From positions 256,001-320,000 of the forward strand of contig CBDHDG010000003.1 of the NCBI GenBank assembly GCA_965261595.1: a stretch of DNA of 64,000 bases. Direction: 5' to 3'. Of this stretch, positions 53,979 through 64,000 are shown piece by piece (the first letter of the stretch is position 1; each line of letters opens with the position of its first letter). The position numbers were made by a program, and so were the translations under genes. The notes under the pieces were generated by a model. That model worked only from the letters and a program-made list of their open reading frames with translations, searched no databases and was not told the DNA's origin. The stretch is from a bacterium. GTDB lineage: Bacteria > UBA8248 > JACPRG01 > G963555815.

Positions 53979-54663
53979 GTCGTGCTCCCGTCAGCAAAGA
54001 TCCGCTCCGGGCCGTCTCGGCGGCTCTCTCCGAGCCCCTACCGGAACGACCTCTGTCCCCTCGCCTCGACTCCCGATGGCGGGGTGGGCCAAACGTGCGA
54101 CCTGGGCTGTGCGACGAGGACGTACCGGTCCTGTCGGCGTCGGACCGAGAGAGACGGGAGTTGACCGAACGCCACCACGTAGCGGGCACGCGCCGGTCGA
54201 AACGCCAGCGGGCTCTACGGTGGCGGTGGAAGTATGGACGGGAGCGAAACGGGGTGGCCGGGTACGGGCGAGACCTGACAGCGGCGCTCCGCGAACAGAG
54301 CGCCCCCGTCCACTTGGAGAAGCATGGACGACAGGAGCACCACAGCGTGCGTTGGCCTTGGAACCGGGTTGTTTCCGGTATGCTTACCGCTCAGGTCACG
54401 CGGCGCGTCGCTGTGACGTAACGAGGAGCCTCGAAAACCTCATGAAAACAATCACATTTGTGGCTCAAACACGCGAAGGCGCCGCCTGTTCGTTACGAAC
54501 ATCGCGAGCAGCTGTTACCGAAGCTGCAGTTGCAGCCAAACTATGCCCGGCGTTACGGTGAGTGAAGCCTCGGAGGGTCAGGACACCTTGCAGGCGGATC
54601 GCCACTCCCGCTGCCCAGACAGAGCGTCGCAGTTGCAGGAGCCAATCGCATGTACACAAGAGG

Positions 54664-54717
54664 ATGGATTAAGCCATCCACAACAAGATCCTCTCCTTCA
54701 TCCGCGGGATCGAAGCC
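54664..54717 (+). pseudogene. Stub of another HsdM N-terminus
   Basis: MD*AIHNKILSFIRGIEA resembles HsdM N-termini (HNKIVSFIWGIA). Confidence 0.4.
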
Positions 54718-54794
54718 AACCTCGGTTCGCGTTCGCATTTGACACCGGACCGTCGGACGCTTTCAGCAGACGCCAAAAGGAGTGAGTCCCCGCG

Positions 54795-57700
54795 ATGGCG
54801 ATGATCACACCCGAACGCGATCTCGAAGAGTCCCTTGTCACGAAACTACGGGACCTCAAGTACGAATATCGCACCGACATCCGCGATCGAGGAGCGCTTG
54901 AAGCAAACTTCAGGGAAAAGTTTGAAGCCTTGAATCGTGTCACACTCACCGACGGCGAGTTCCAGCGACTACTCGATGAGATCGTCACACCCAACGTGTA
55001 CGAGGCCGCACGCTCCCTCCGGAACCGGGAAGCGTTCGTCCGCGCCGATGGCACGCCGCTCAACTACACCCTCGTCAACATCAAGGACTGGTGTAAGAAC
55101 CACTTCGAGGTCATCAATCAGCTCCGAATTAACACGGACAACAGCCATCACCGCTACGACGTCATACTCCTGATCAACGGCGTCCCGGTCGTTCAGATCG
55201 AGCTAAAGACGCTTGGGATCAGCCCGCGGCGGGCGATGGAGCAGATCGTCGACTACAAGAACGACCTCGGTAACGGATACACCAAGACGCTCCTGTGCTT
55301 TGTCCAGCTCTTCATCGTCAGCAACCGCACCGACACGTGGTACTTCGCCAACAACAACGCGCGGCACTTCGCCTTCGACGCTGACGAGCGGTTCCTTCCG
55401 ATCTACCAGTTCGCGGCCGAGGACAATACCAAGATTACCCACCTCGACGACTTCGCCGATCGGTTCCTCGCCAAGTGCACGCTCGGCCAGATGATCAGCA
55501 AGTACATGGTCCTCATCGCGAGCGAGCAGAAGCTCCTGATGATGCGCGCGTATCAGATCTACGCCGTCAAGGCCATCGTCGACTGCATCGACCAGAACTG
55601 CGGCAACGGCTACATCTGGCATACAACCGGCTCGGGCAAGACGCTTACCTCCTTCAAGGCCTCGACACTCCTCAAGACCAACCACAGCATCGACAAGTGC
55701 CTCTTCGTCGTCGATCGCAAGGACCTCGACCGCCAGACCCGCGAGGAATTCAACCGGTTCCAGGAGAACTGCGTCGAGGAAAACACCAACACCGCGGCGC
55801 TTGTCCGCCGCCTCCTGTCCGACGACTACGCGGACAAGGTCATCGTCACGACCATCCAGAAGCTCGGGCTCGCCCTCGACGAGAACAGCAAGCACAACCG
55901 GCGGGACATGTCTCAGGGGCGGTCAACGTTCAAGCAGCGGCTCGAGCAGCTCCGAGACAAGCGGATGGTCTTCATCTTCGACGAGTGCCACCGCTCGCAG
56001 TTCGGCGAGAACCACAAGGCCATCAAGGAGTTCTTCCCGAACTCACAGCTCTTCGGCTTCACTGGCACCCCGATCTTTGAGGACAACGCGACCGTCAGGC
56101 AGATCGAGGTAGACGTCGCCACCCTTCGAACCACCAAGGACCTCTTCCAGAAAGAGCTCCACGCCTACACCATCACCCATGCGATCGAGGATCGGAACGT
56201 CCTTCGCTTCCACATCGACTACTACAAGCCAAAGGACACCCCAGCCCTCAAGCCCGGCCAGACTCTCACCAAGCAGGCGGTCGCCCAGGCCATCCTCGAC
56301 AAGCACGATGCCGCGAGCGGAGGCCGACGCTTCAACGCACTGCTGGCCACCGCATCGATCAACGACGCCATCGAGTACTACGAGGTCTTCAAGAACCTAC
56401 AGGCCGAGCGCCAGGCCGCCGACGCCGAGTTCGTCCCTCTCAAGGTCGCCGCCGTCTTCTCGCCGCCTGCGGAGGGTAACAAGGACGTCCAGCAGATCCA
56501 GGAGGATCTCCCCCAGGAGAAGGAGGACAACCAGCACGACCCCGAGGACAAGAAGATCGCGCTCAGGGCAATCATCGCCGACTACAATCTGCAGTACGGC
56601 ACCAACCACGACATTAACAATTTCGATCTCTACTATCAGGACATCCAGCAGCGCATCAAAGATCAGCAGTTCCCCAACCGCGACCTGCCCCGCAAGGGCG
56701 AAGAGAAGGTCGACGTCACCATTGTCGTCGACATGCTCCTCACCGGCTTCGACGCCAAGTTCCTCAACACACTCTACGTCGACAAGAACCTCAGGCACCA
56801 CGGCCTGATTCAGGCCTTCTCCCGCACCAACCGCGTCCTCAACGCCACCAAGCCCTACGGCCACATCCTCGACTTCCGCCAGCAGCAGGACAACGTCGAC
56901 GCCGCCATCGCTCTCTTCTCCGGCGCCCAGCCCGACCGAGCCCGCGAGATCTGGCTAGTCGACAAGGCTCCCGTCATCATCGACAACTTCAAGCAGGCCG
57001 TCGCCGACCTCGGCGAGTTCATGCAGTCGCAGGGCCTCGAACCCAAACCCGATCAGGTCAACAACCTGATGGGCGACGACGCCCGCGCCCAGTTCATCAA
57101 GCGATTCAAGGAGGTCCAGCGCCTCCAGACCCAGCTCGATCAGTACACCGACCTTACGAACGAGCACCGGGAGCAGATCGAGCAGGTCCTCCCCAAGGAC
57201 GGCCTCCGTGCCTTCCGCGGCGCCTACCTGGAAACCGCCCAGCGCCTGAAGGAGCAGCAGGGCGCGCCCGGCAAGGACGGCGAGCCGGCCAACTCCGAGG
57301 TCGACCAACTCGAATTCGAGTTCGTCCTCTTCGCCTCCGCCGTCATCGACTACGACTACATCATGAAGCTGATCGCCAAGTACTCCGGACAGGACCCCAA
57401 GAAGGTCCAGATCAGCCGTGAGCAGCTCATCGGACTGATCCAGTCCGACGCCAAGTTTCTCGACGAGCGGGAGGAGATCACCGAGTACGTCCGCTCACTC
57501 ACGGAGGGTGAGGGCCTCGACGAGGCCGCCATCCGCGCCGGCTACGAGCAGTTCAAGGCCGCAAAGCAGGCCAGGGAGATTGAGGGCCTCGCTCAGGCCC
57601 ACGGTCTGAAGACCGAGTCCCTTGCGGACTTCGTCGACACCATCCTCCAGCGCATGATCTTCGACGGCGAGCAGCTCACCGACCTGATGGAGCCGCTCGG

Positions 57701-57830
57701 CTTGGGCTGGCGTGAACGTCGCGAGCGGGAGCTCGCCCTCATGGCCGACCTCGTCCCGCTCCTGAACAAGCGGACCCACGGCAGGGACATCTCGGGACTC
57801 AACGCCTACGAGCACGGGGGCGCGCGATGA
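54795..57830 (+). CDS. hsdR: Type I restriction endonuclease subunit R
   Basis: RYDV..INGVPVVQIELK, HTTGSGKT, DECHRSQFG, FTGTP, MLLTGFD, QAFSRTNR. Confidence 0.97.
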   Translation: MAMITPERDLEESLVTKLRDLKYEYRTDIRDRGALEANFREKFEALNRVTLTDGEFQRLLDEIVTPNVYEAARSLRNREAFVRADGTPLNYTLVNIKDWCKNHFEVINQLRINTDNSHHRYDVILLINGVPVVQIELKTLGISPRRAMEQIVDYKNDLGNGYTKTLLCFVQLFIVSNRTDTWYFANNNARHFAFDADERFLPIYQFAAEDNTKITHLDDFADRFLAKCTLGQMISKYMVLIASEQKLLMMRAYQIYAVKAIVDCIDQNCGNGYIWHTTGSGKTLTSFKASTLLKTNHSIDKCLFVVDRKDLDRQTREEFNRFQENCVEENTNTAALVRRLLSDDYADKVIVTTIQKLGLALDENSKHNRRDMSQGRSTFKQRLEQLRDKRMVFIFDECHRSQFGENHKAIKEFFPNSQLFGFTGTPIFEDNATVRQIEVDVATLRTTKDLFQKELHAYTITHAIEDRNVLRFHIDYYKPKDTPALKPGQTLTKQAVAQAILDKHDAASGGRRFNALLATASINDAIEYYEVFKNLQAERQAADAEFVPLKVAAVFSPPAEGNKDVQQIQEDLPQEKEDNQHDPEDKKIALRAIIADYNLQYGTNHDINNFDLYYQDIQQRIKDQQFPNRDLPRKGEEKVDVTIVVDMLLTGFDAKFLNTLYVDKNLRHHGLIQAFSRTNRVLNATKPYGHILDFRQQQDNVDAAIALFSGAQPDRAREIWLVDKAPVIIDNFKQAVADLGEFMQSQGLEPKPDQVNNLMGDDARAQFIKRFKEVQRLQTQLDQYTDLTNEHREQIEQVLPKDGLRAFRGAYLETAQRLKEQQGAPGKDGEPANSEVDQLEFEFVLFASAVIDYDYIMKLIAKYSGQDPKKVQISREQLIGLIQSDAKFLDEREEITEYVRSLTEGEGLDEAAIRAGYEQFKAAKQAREIEGLAQAHGLKTESLADFVDTILQRMIFDGEQLTDLMEPLGLGWRERRERELALMADLVPLLNKRTHGRDISGLNAYEHGGAR

Positions 57831-59134
57831 CCGCCGACAAGCCATCGCCCTTTGTGCCGAAGCTGCGGTTTCCGGAGTTTCGAGACGTCCCTGATTGGGA
57901 AGAAGTGTCGCTTGGTACGTTCCTGGTTCGGGCACCTGATTACGGCGTGAACGCTGCGGCGGTGCCTTTTTCCGAGACCCTGCCAACATACATCCGGATC
58001 ACGGACATCAACAGCGACGGTCAGTTTGCGCCATGTCCTCGGGTTTCGGTAGATGTCGGCGCTGCCGAAGAGAAATATCTCAGGGATGGCGACATTGTGC
58101 TTGCACGGACTGGGGCAAGTGTTGGGAAGTCATATCGCTATCGTGAGGAGGACGGCCGCTTGGTTTATGCCGGATTTCTGATTCGGGTGAGGCCAAATCC
58201 GCAACGATTATTGTCGCAGTTTCTAGCTGCGTACCTGTCGGCCTGGCGCTATTGGGACTGGGTTCGCCTCGCATCTGCACGAAGTGGACAACCCGGAATT
58301 AACGGTGCCGAGTATGCCTCAATGCCGCTACCTTTACCTCCAAATGGAGGAGCTCTGGCCGAGCAGCAGAAGATCGCCGACTGCCTCGGCTCGCTGGACG
58401 ACCTGATCGCGGCGGAGGGCCGGAAGCTCGAAGTCCTGCGGCAGCACAAGCAAGGACTGATGCAGCAGCTCTTCCCCCAGCCCGGCGAGACCCGCCCCCG
58501 CCTTCGGTTCCCCGAGTTTGAGGACGCTCCAGATTGGGAAGAGGTAACGCTTGGAACGCTTCTGGATCGGCCACCTGATTACGGCGTGAATGCTGCGGCG
58601 GTACCATTTTCTGAATGCCTGCCAACCTACATCCGCATCACGGACATCAACGACGACGGTCAGTTTGCGTCGCGTGCTCGGGTTTCAGTCGATATCGACG
58701 CCACCGACGAGCAGTATCTTGAGGATGGCGACATCGTGCTTGCACGGACTGGGGCCAGTGTTGGCAAGTCACATCGCTATCGCGAGGAGGATGGCCGTCT
58801 AGTTTATGCCGGGTTCCTGATTCGGGTGAGGCCCAATCCGGAGCGGTTATTGTCGCAATTCTTGGCCGGGTACCTGTCGACCTGGAGCTACTGGAATTGG
58901 GTGCGTCTCACATCAGAACGAAGTGGGCAACCCGGAATCAACGCTACCGAGTATGCCTCGATCCCGCTCCCCTTACCTCCAGACAGACGAACTCTGGCCG
59001 AGCAACAAAAGATCGCCGACTGCCTGACCTCCATCGACGATAAACTCAACGCACAGTCCCGCAAGCTCGGTACGCTCAAGCAGCAAAAACAGGGCTTGAC
59101 GCAACAGCTCTTTCCCAGTCTGGAGGCGGAATGA
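57827..59134 (+). CDS. hsdS: Type I R-M specificity subunit with two near-identical TRDs
   Basis: PKLRFPEF, EQQKIADCL twice, KQGLMQQLF; ATGA coupling to hsdR. Confidence 0.95.
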   Translation: MTADKPSPFVPKLRFPEFRDVPDWEEVSLGTFLVRAPDYGVNAAAVPFSETLPTYIRITDINSDGQFAPCPRVSVDVGAAEEKYLRDGDIVLARTGASVGKSYRYREEDGRLVYAGFLIRVRPNPQRLLSQFLAAYLSAWRYWDWVRLASARSGQPGINGAEYASMPLPLPPNGGALAEQQKIADCLGSLDDLIAAEGRKLEVLRQHKQGLMQQLFPQPGETRPRLRFPEFEDAPDWEEVTLGTLLDRPPDYGVNAAAVPFSECLPTYIRITDINDDGQFASRARVSVDIDATDEQYLEDGDIVLARTGASVGKSHRYREEDGRLVYAGFLIRVRPNPERLLSQFLAGYLSTWSYWNWVRLTSERSGQPGINATEYASIPLPLPPDRRTLAEQQKIADCLTSIDDKLNAQSRKLGTLKQQKQGLTQQLFPSLEAE

Positions 59135-60210
59135 AAACCATCGAAGACATTGCTTCAGAACTGCGCGACGACGCTGCCGCCGTTCATTTGCTTTACGCCT
59201 TCAACTCCGTGGGGAAAACGCGACTATCAGTGGCGTACAAAAACGCGACCAAAGAGGAAGACGGAACGCACGCGGGCGTCTACTACAACGCATACAGCGA
59301 GGATCTCTTCGTCTGGAACAATGACATCGAGAACGATGAGGCCAACATCCGACTCACGGTCCTCCCGAGTAGTCTCAGCAGACTTCACGCCGATCTTAAC
59401 GAACTCGACCTCCACGCGAAGCTGAAACCGTACAGAGCGAGCTTCGACTTCCGCTTCGTCATGCATCCAGATGCGGAGAAGGGGATTGAGTCGATTTCAT
59501 TTTTCCCTGCGGGTACTCAGCCCGGCGATGTTCCGGCGATGAAGATCTCCCGTGGCGAGGAGCGAGTGTTTGTCTGGTGCTTCTTTCTGGCGATGATGGA
59601 GGTGGAAGGCTGGGCGGATAGGCAGCCTCGCCATATATTCATCGACGACCCGGTCTCAAGCCTCGACGACCACAATATCTTCGTGACCGCATCGACGCTG
59701 TACGACCTGATCGAGCAGCACTTCGGCGAACGGAAGCTCGTCATTTCCACCCATCATGTCGGGATGTTCTCAATCCTGTGCGATTGGTTGATGAAGGGCG
59801 AGAAGAGCAACAAATACAGACCGAATACAAAGGCGAGCATTCTCAGCGGTAAACATGGCGAGGTCTCGCTGGAGACCCACCGAAGCGACGTGTTCCTCTA
59901 TCACCTCCGAATCCTTCAGGTGCTGGAGCAGGCTCGGCAAGAGAACAAGGTCCGTGCATACCACTTCGCCCTTCTTCGTCAGCTGCTTGAGACCGTGTCG
60001 TCGTTCCTCGGTGTCGGTCGGATCAGCTACGCACTCGAACGCATCGGCTTCGAGGAGGCGGAGGAGATCTCCCGAATCGTGAACACCCTCGCTCACAAGA
60101 ATGTCTACTACTACGAATCCGACCTCCTTGCGCCGGACAGCTTGGCGGTATTTGACGCGATTTACGAGAAGCTGAACACGCAGTACGCGTTCGTCTCCCA
60201 TATGGACTAA
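59131..60210 (+). CDS. prrC: PrrC-like anticodon nuclease (ABC ATPase plus HEPN)
   Basis: YAFNSVGKTRLS Walker A, ISRGEE signature, IDDPVSSLDD Walker B, STHH, C-terminal RIVNTLAH; embedded in the type I R-M operon. Confidence 0.85.
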   Translation: MKTIEDIASELRDDAAAVHLLYAFNSVGKTRLSVAYKNATKEEDGTHAGVYYNAYSEDLFVWNNDIENDEANIRLTVLPSSLSRLHADLNELDLHAKLKPYRASFDFRFVMHPDAEKGIESISFFPAGTQPGDVPAMKISRGEERVFVWCFFLAMMEVEGWADRQPRHIFIDDPVSSLDDHNIFVTASTLYDLIEQHFGERKLVISTHHVGMFSILCDWLMKGEKSNKYRPNTKASILSGKHGEVSLETHRSDVFLYHLRILQVLEQARQENKVRAYHFALLRQLLETVSSFLGVGRISYALERIGFEEAEEISRIVNTLAHKNVYYYESDLLAPDSLAVFDAIYEKLNTQYAFVSHMD

Positions 60211-60213
60211 CCC

Positions 60214-61842
60214 ATGACAGAGAACAACCAGAAACAGCTTGGCAAGACGCTCTGGTCCATCGCCGACCAGCTCCGCGGGGCGATGAACGCGGACGATTTT
60301 CGCGACTACATGCTCGCGTTCCTGTTCCTCCGCTACCTCTCAGACAACTACGAGCAGGCCGCGAAGAAGGAGCTAGGGCGCGACTACCCCGACCCGAACG
60401 CCATCGGCAATGGCGGCCGGTCCTCCCTGTCTGTCTGGTACGAGCAGAACCCCGATGATGTGTCAGCCTTCGAAAAGCAGATGCGGCTCAAAGCGCATTA
60501 CGTCATTCGCCCCGAGCACCTCTGGGCCAGCATCGCCCACATGGCCCTGACCCAGGACGGCGAGCTGCTCAACACGCTCCAAGCCGGCTTCAAGTACATT
60601 GAAAACGAATCGTTCCAGAGCACGTTCTCGGGACTGTTCTCGGAGATCAATCTCAGCTCCGACAAGCTCGGCAAGACCTACGCAGACCGGAACGCGAAGC
60701 TCTGCACGATCATCACCAAAATAGCCGATGGCCTCGCGGAGTTCTCCACGGACAGCGACACCCTCGGCGACGCCTACGAGTACCTGATCGGCCAGTTCGC
60801 CGCTGGCTCGGGCAAGAAGGCCGGTGAGTTCTACACGCCGCAGCGAATCTCGGACATCCTCTCCGCGATCGTCGCTCTCGACGGCCAGGAGCCGAAGACC
60901 GGCAAGCGGAAGCACCTCGCCAGCGTGAAGGACTTCGCCTGCGGCTCGGGCTCGCTGCTGCTCAATGTGCGCAAGCGCATGGGGCCGCACGGCATCGGCA
61001 AGATCTACGGGCAGGAGAAGAATATCACCACCTACAACCTCGCCCGGATGAACATGTTGCTGCACGGGGTGAAGGACTCAGAGTTCGAGATCTATCACGG
61101 CGACACACTTACCAACGACTGGGACTTGCTCCGCGAGACGAACCCAGCGAAGAAGCCCAAGTTCGACGCCGTGGTTGCCAATCCGCCGTTCAGCTACCGC
61201 TGGGACCCGAACGAGGCGTTGGGCGAGGACGTGCGCTTCAAGAACTACGGGCTGGCCCCGAAGTCGGCGGCGGACTTCGCGTTCCTGCTGCACGGGTTTC
61301 ACTACCTCAAGGATGACGGTGTGATGGCGATCATCCTGCCGCACGGCGTGCTGTTCCGCGGCGGCGCGGAGGCGAAGATTCGCCGCAAGCTCCTAGACGA
61401 CGGGCACATCGACACCGTCATCGGCCTGCCGGCGAACCTGTTCTACTCGACCGGCATCCCGGTCTGCATTCTCGTCCTGAAGAAGTGCAAGAAGCCCGAC
61501 GATGTCCTGTTCATCAACGCGTCCGAGCATTTCGAGAAGGGCAAACGACAGAACCACCTGTCCGACGAGCATATCGAGAAGATCGTCGAGACCTACCAGC
61601 AGCGTCCGGAAAGCATCGAGCGGTACGCCAGACGCGTGGAGATAAACGAGATTGAGGCTAACAACTGCAACCTGAACATCTCGCGCTATGTCAGCACGGC
61701 CGAGCAGGAAGTCGCAATCGATCTGTCGGTCACTCATAAGGAGTTGGTCGAGATCGAGAAACAGATTCAGGAGTCAACGGCGAAGCACAACGCGTTTCTG
61801 AAGGAACTTGGACTGTCTCCATTGCCAGCGCCCAATAACTAA
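60214..61842 (+). CDS. hsdM: Type I R-M methyltransferase subunit
   Basis: LWSIADQLRG, GEFYTP, DFACGSGSLL, NPPF, PHGVLFRGG. Confidence 0.97.
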   Translation: MTENNQKQLGKTLWSIADQLRGAMNADDFRDYMLAFLFLRYLSDNYEQAAKKELGRDYPDPNAIGNGGRSSLSVWYEQNPDDVSAFEKQMRLKAHYVIRPEHLWASIAHMALTQDGELLNTLQAGFKYIENESFQSTFSGLFSEINLSSDKLGKTYADRNAKLCTIITKIADGLAEFSTDSDTLGDAYEYLIGQFAAGSGKKAGEFYTPQRISDILSAIVALDGQEPKTGKRKHLASVKDFACGSGSLLLNVRKRMGPHGIGKIYGQEKNITTYNLARMNMLLHGVKDSEFEIYHGDTLTNDWDLLRETNPAKKPKFDAVVANPPFSYRWDPNEALGEDVRFKNYGLAPKSAADFAFLLHGFHYLKDDGVMAIILPHGVLFRGGAEAKIRRKLLDDGHIDTVIGLPANLFYSTGIPVCILVLKKCKKPDDVLFINASEHFEKGKRQNHLSDEHIEKIVETYQQRPESIERYARRVEINEIEANNCNLNISRYVSTAEQEVAIDLSVTHKELVEIEKQIQESTAKHNAFLKELGLSPLPAPNN

Positions 61843-61929
61843 TCGAAGCGATCTCTCCGCCTATGGCTGGCGCCGCATGCATGGGGCGCTGAGGGATCGC
61901 CGTTGGATCATGAAGCACATGAAGATCAA

Positions 61930-62100
61930 CCATCTGTCCCGCAGCCATGGCCAAGGCCGAGTCAGCGCCGCGCAGCCGCGCACGGTAAGCAGGAAGACGG
62001 CTGAGACGATAGTGAGCGACCACTTCTTGAGGACGAATGACGTGCGGGCATGGCGCTCGATCACGACCTGAATGAACTTGAGATGCTTGGGAAGATCGTC
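61930..62100 (-). pseudogene. Fragment of a small membrane protein
   Basis: KHLKFIQVVIERHARTSFVLKKWSLTIVSAVFLL. Confidence 0.45.
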
Positions 62101-62236
62101 TCATTCGGCTGCCATGTCGAAGGAGCGCGCCGGTAAAGGGGATGTGCCAGCTTGTGGATGGAACCCGAGCTCCGTGTACCGACGGGAACTCTGTGAAGCG
62201 CACCATGTGCACTGGCTGAGCCGCGGTGTTTGTCGA

Positions 62237-62737
62237 TTCCATGCCGAAGGCGTTGGTGGCGACCACCACGTCGATGTCGCCGTCGTGGAAGCCGCGCTTG
62301 ATCTCGCGCTTTTGCTCCGGCGAGAGACCAAAGTGAAAATGCTGGGCGATGAGTCCGCTGTCGGCGAACGCCTGCGCGGTCTCCTCGGTGCTCCGCTTGG
62401 TCGTGCAGTAGACGATGGCGCCTCCCGAGCCTTCTCTCTCAAGTGCGTTTTCGAGTGCCCGATGGATGTGCTCGATGCGCTGCGAAGTCGAAGTTGGCAT
62501 CACCACGAATTCCAGATTGGTGCGTTCCGTTCCATCGTCGAGGACCTTGAGCCGAGACTCTAGCGTCCGCTCGAAATGCTCCCGAATGTCGTCGACGACA
62601 TCGTGCCTGGCGGTGGCGGTCAGGCAGAGGATGGGCGCGGAATCCTCTCCGTGGTTCTCGGCGATGTAACGCGCGACGTAGCGATAGTCAGGGCGGAAGT
62701 CGTGTTCCCATTTCGAGAGGAAGTGCGCCTCGTCCAC
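62237..62737 (-). pseudogene. Internal fragment of a RecQ-family helicase
   Basis: DEAH..WEHDFRPDY, LTATA, GAIVYC, VVATNAFGM. Confidence 0.88.
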
Positions 62738-64000
62738 GGCCCGGCGTCAAATGCGGTTGGCGTTGCCGTGGGAGCTCGGACAGCGTGCTGCGTGCACGGA
62801 CGCGGCGGCTGATACGCAGGGCGCAGGCGAAAGCCGAACGTGGCTGAATACGCTCGGCGTGGCGGTCGCAGTCGACTGGTCAGGACATGGTGTTCGGAGC
62901 GTCCGGACGACTGAAGCAGGCACAATTGCCACCGCTGACACGAGAGCCGGCAGGTGGGTCCAGCCCACGACAGGTAACGCGAACGAAATGGCACAGAAAG
63001 CGAAGACGGACGAAACACAGGCGAAGCCGGACGCCGCATGGGTGGATGTCATCTCGGGGAGCGAAGTGCACCGCGAGCACGAGCCCACGCGGCTGTTGCG
63101 GGTGAGTGGACTAGCCCCGCCGGGCGACCTGGGCGTGACGTCTTATTGGCTCGGTGGGCTGGCCTACACCGCCATCGCGCTGGCCGCCGGCGTTTGGCTG
63201 GCCGTGGACTGGACGATGATCGACAACGAGGAACCGTTCGATGATACCGAGGCGGAGGAGCGGGACTGGATCGCGGTCCAGCTACCCATCCCGGCGGACC
63301 CGGCGCTGGACGCGCGAGCGCTGCACTGGGCGATGCGAATACTGAGCGAGCTCGCGGCGATGGATATGCCCGACGGGCTCACCGTGAAAGGCCCGCGCGC
63401 CCCGGATGGGCCGGCGAGCTCGTGCGGGCACGGGTCGCGCCGCCGTGGGAGGCGCACGAAAGAGACGGAGAATCCGCGCCGGGCCAGATCATTGTGTGCG
63501 AAGCGCCGGTGGCGGCCTGGCAGGGGTTGCTTGGGCTGACCGGACAGCGGGGGGCGATTCCGCTCTGGTGCCCGGAAAGCAAGGAGAGAGCCATCATCGC
63601 GCACATGACGCACCTGGTGAGGCAGAGGCTGCGAGAGACCGGGTACGGGCTCTGCACGCCGGTGACGGGCATGCACGAAGGTAGCGGGAACAAGAGGGTG
63701 AGGAAAATGGCGTGGGGGATCGCCGCAACCGGGACTGGCGCCGGGTCGGCGAGCCGAAGGGATGTGAAACGTCTGCTCGAATTGCTTGGCTGAACGGCCG
63801 CGATGGTCGTTCGGCGGCGATTTGGATTGGGGACAACAGCCGACAGGCGCACCTAGAGATTGGAAATCAAATGGTACCTAAGTGGTACCTGGAAATTAGA
63901 GAGGCCGAGCGAGAAAATTGTATAACACATTGATAATAAGCCAATTATAAGGCTCTAAATCGAGGAAAATTGGAAGGAATATTTTAGATTGAACAGTTAG

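Noticed and set aside
54000..54420. Possible structured RNA (stem cgccac..gtggcg near 54170-54226)
   Set aside because: Isolated GC stems are expected by chance at this composition; no recognisable motif
57860..59100. Diversity-generating retroelement TR/VR pair or hsdS shufflon
   Set aside because: The repeats are direct, in-frame halves of one gene; differences are not confined to adenines; no reverse transcriptase or adjacent invertase is present
62751..63793. Possible RNase H-like or membrane protein genes
   Set aside because: Fragmented frames with only faint resemblance; no product call can be supported
1..64000. CRISPR array or cas operon
   Set aside because: No regularly spaced direct repeats with unique spacers were seen; only a Cas2-like stub at 39106

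Overview
GC-rich bacterial DNA in three parts. (1) 1-23.3 kb: a decaying metabolic region with a GMC oxidoreductase, amidase, amtB plus a broken outer-membrane barrel gene, an intact three-subunit xanthine/CO-dehydrogenase-type molybdoenzyme, an SDR and several broken genes. It carries IS1380, IS256 and IS1595 elements and ends in a broken large serine recombinase that abuts tRNA-Glu. (2) 23.3-35.2 kb: an intact housekeeping block (tRNA-Glu, tRNA-Gln, gltX, AEC and MFS transporters, hybrid kinase, moeA, RidA, ECF sigma factor, degP-like protease, lgt, SDR). (3) 35.2-64 kb: an IS-rich defence/accessory island with IS3, IS256 and IS30 elements, an AbiJ-like gene followed by a Cas2/VapD-like stub, a broken hsdM, HigBA, a Cys-rich zinc-ribbon repeat gene, a broken PD-(D/E)XK nuclease and a DAK2-DegV fusion. 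It also holds an intact type I R-M operon hsdR-hsdS-prrC-hsdM whose HsdS has two near-identical TRDs. The best candidate for an undescribed system is a low-GC two-gene cassette at 43101-44313 (putative wHTH protein plus wHTH-HEPN protein). No CRISPR array or rRNA was seen. All family calls come from motif recognition by eye; no searches were run.
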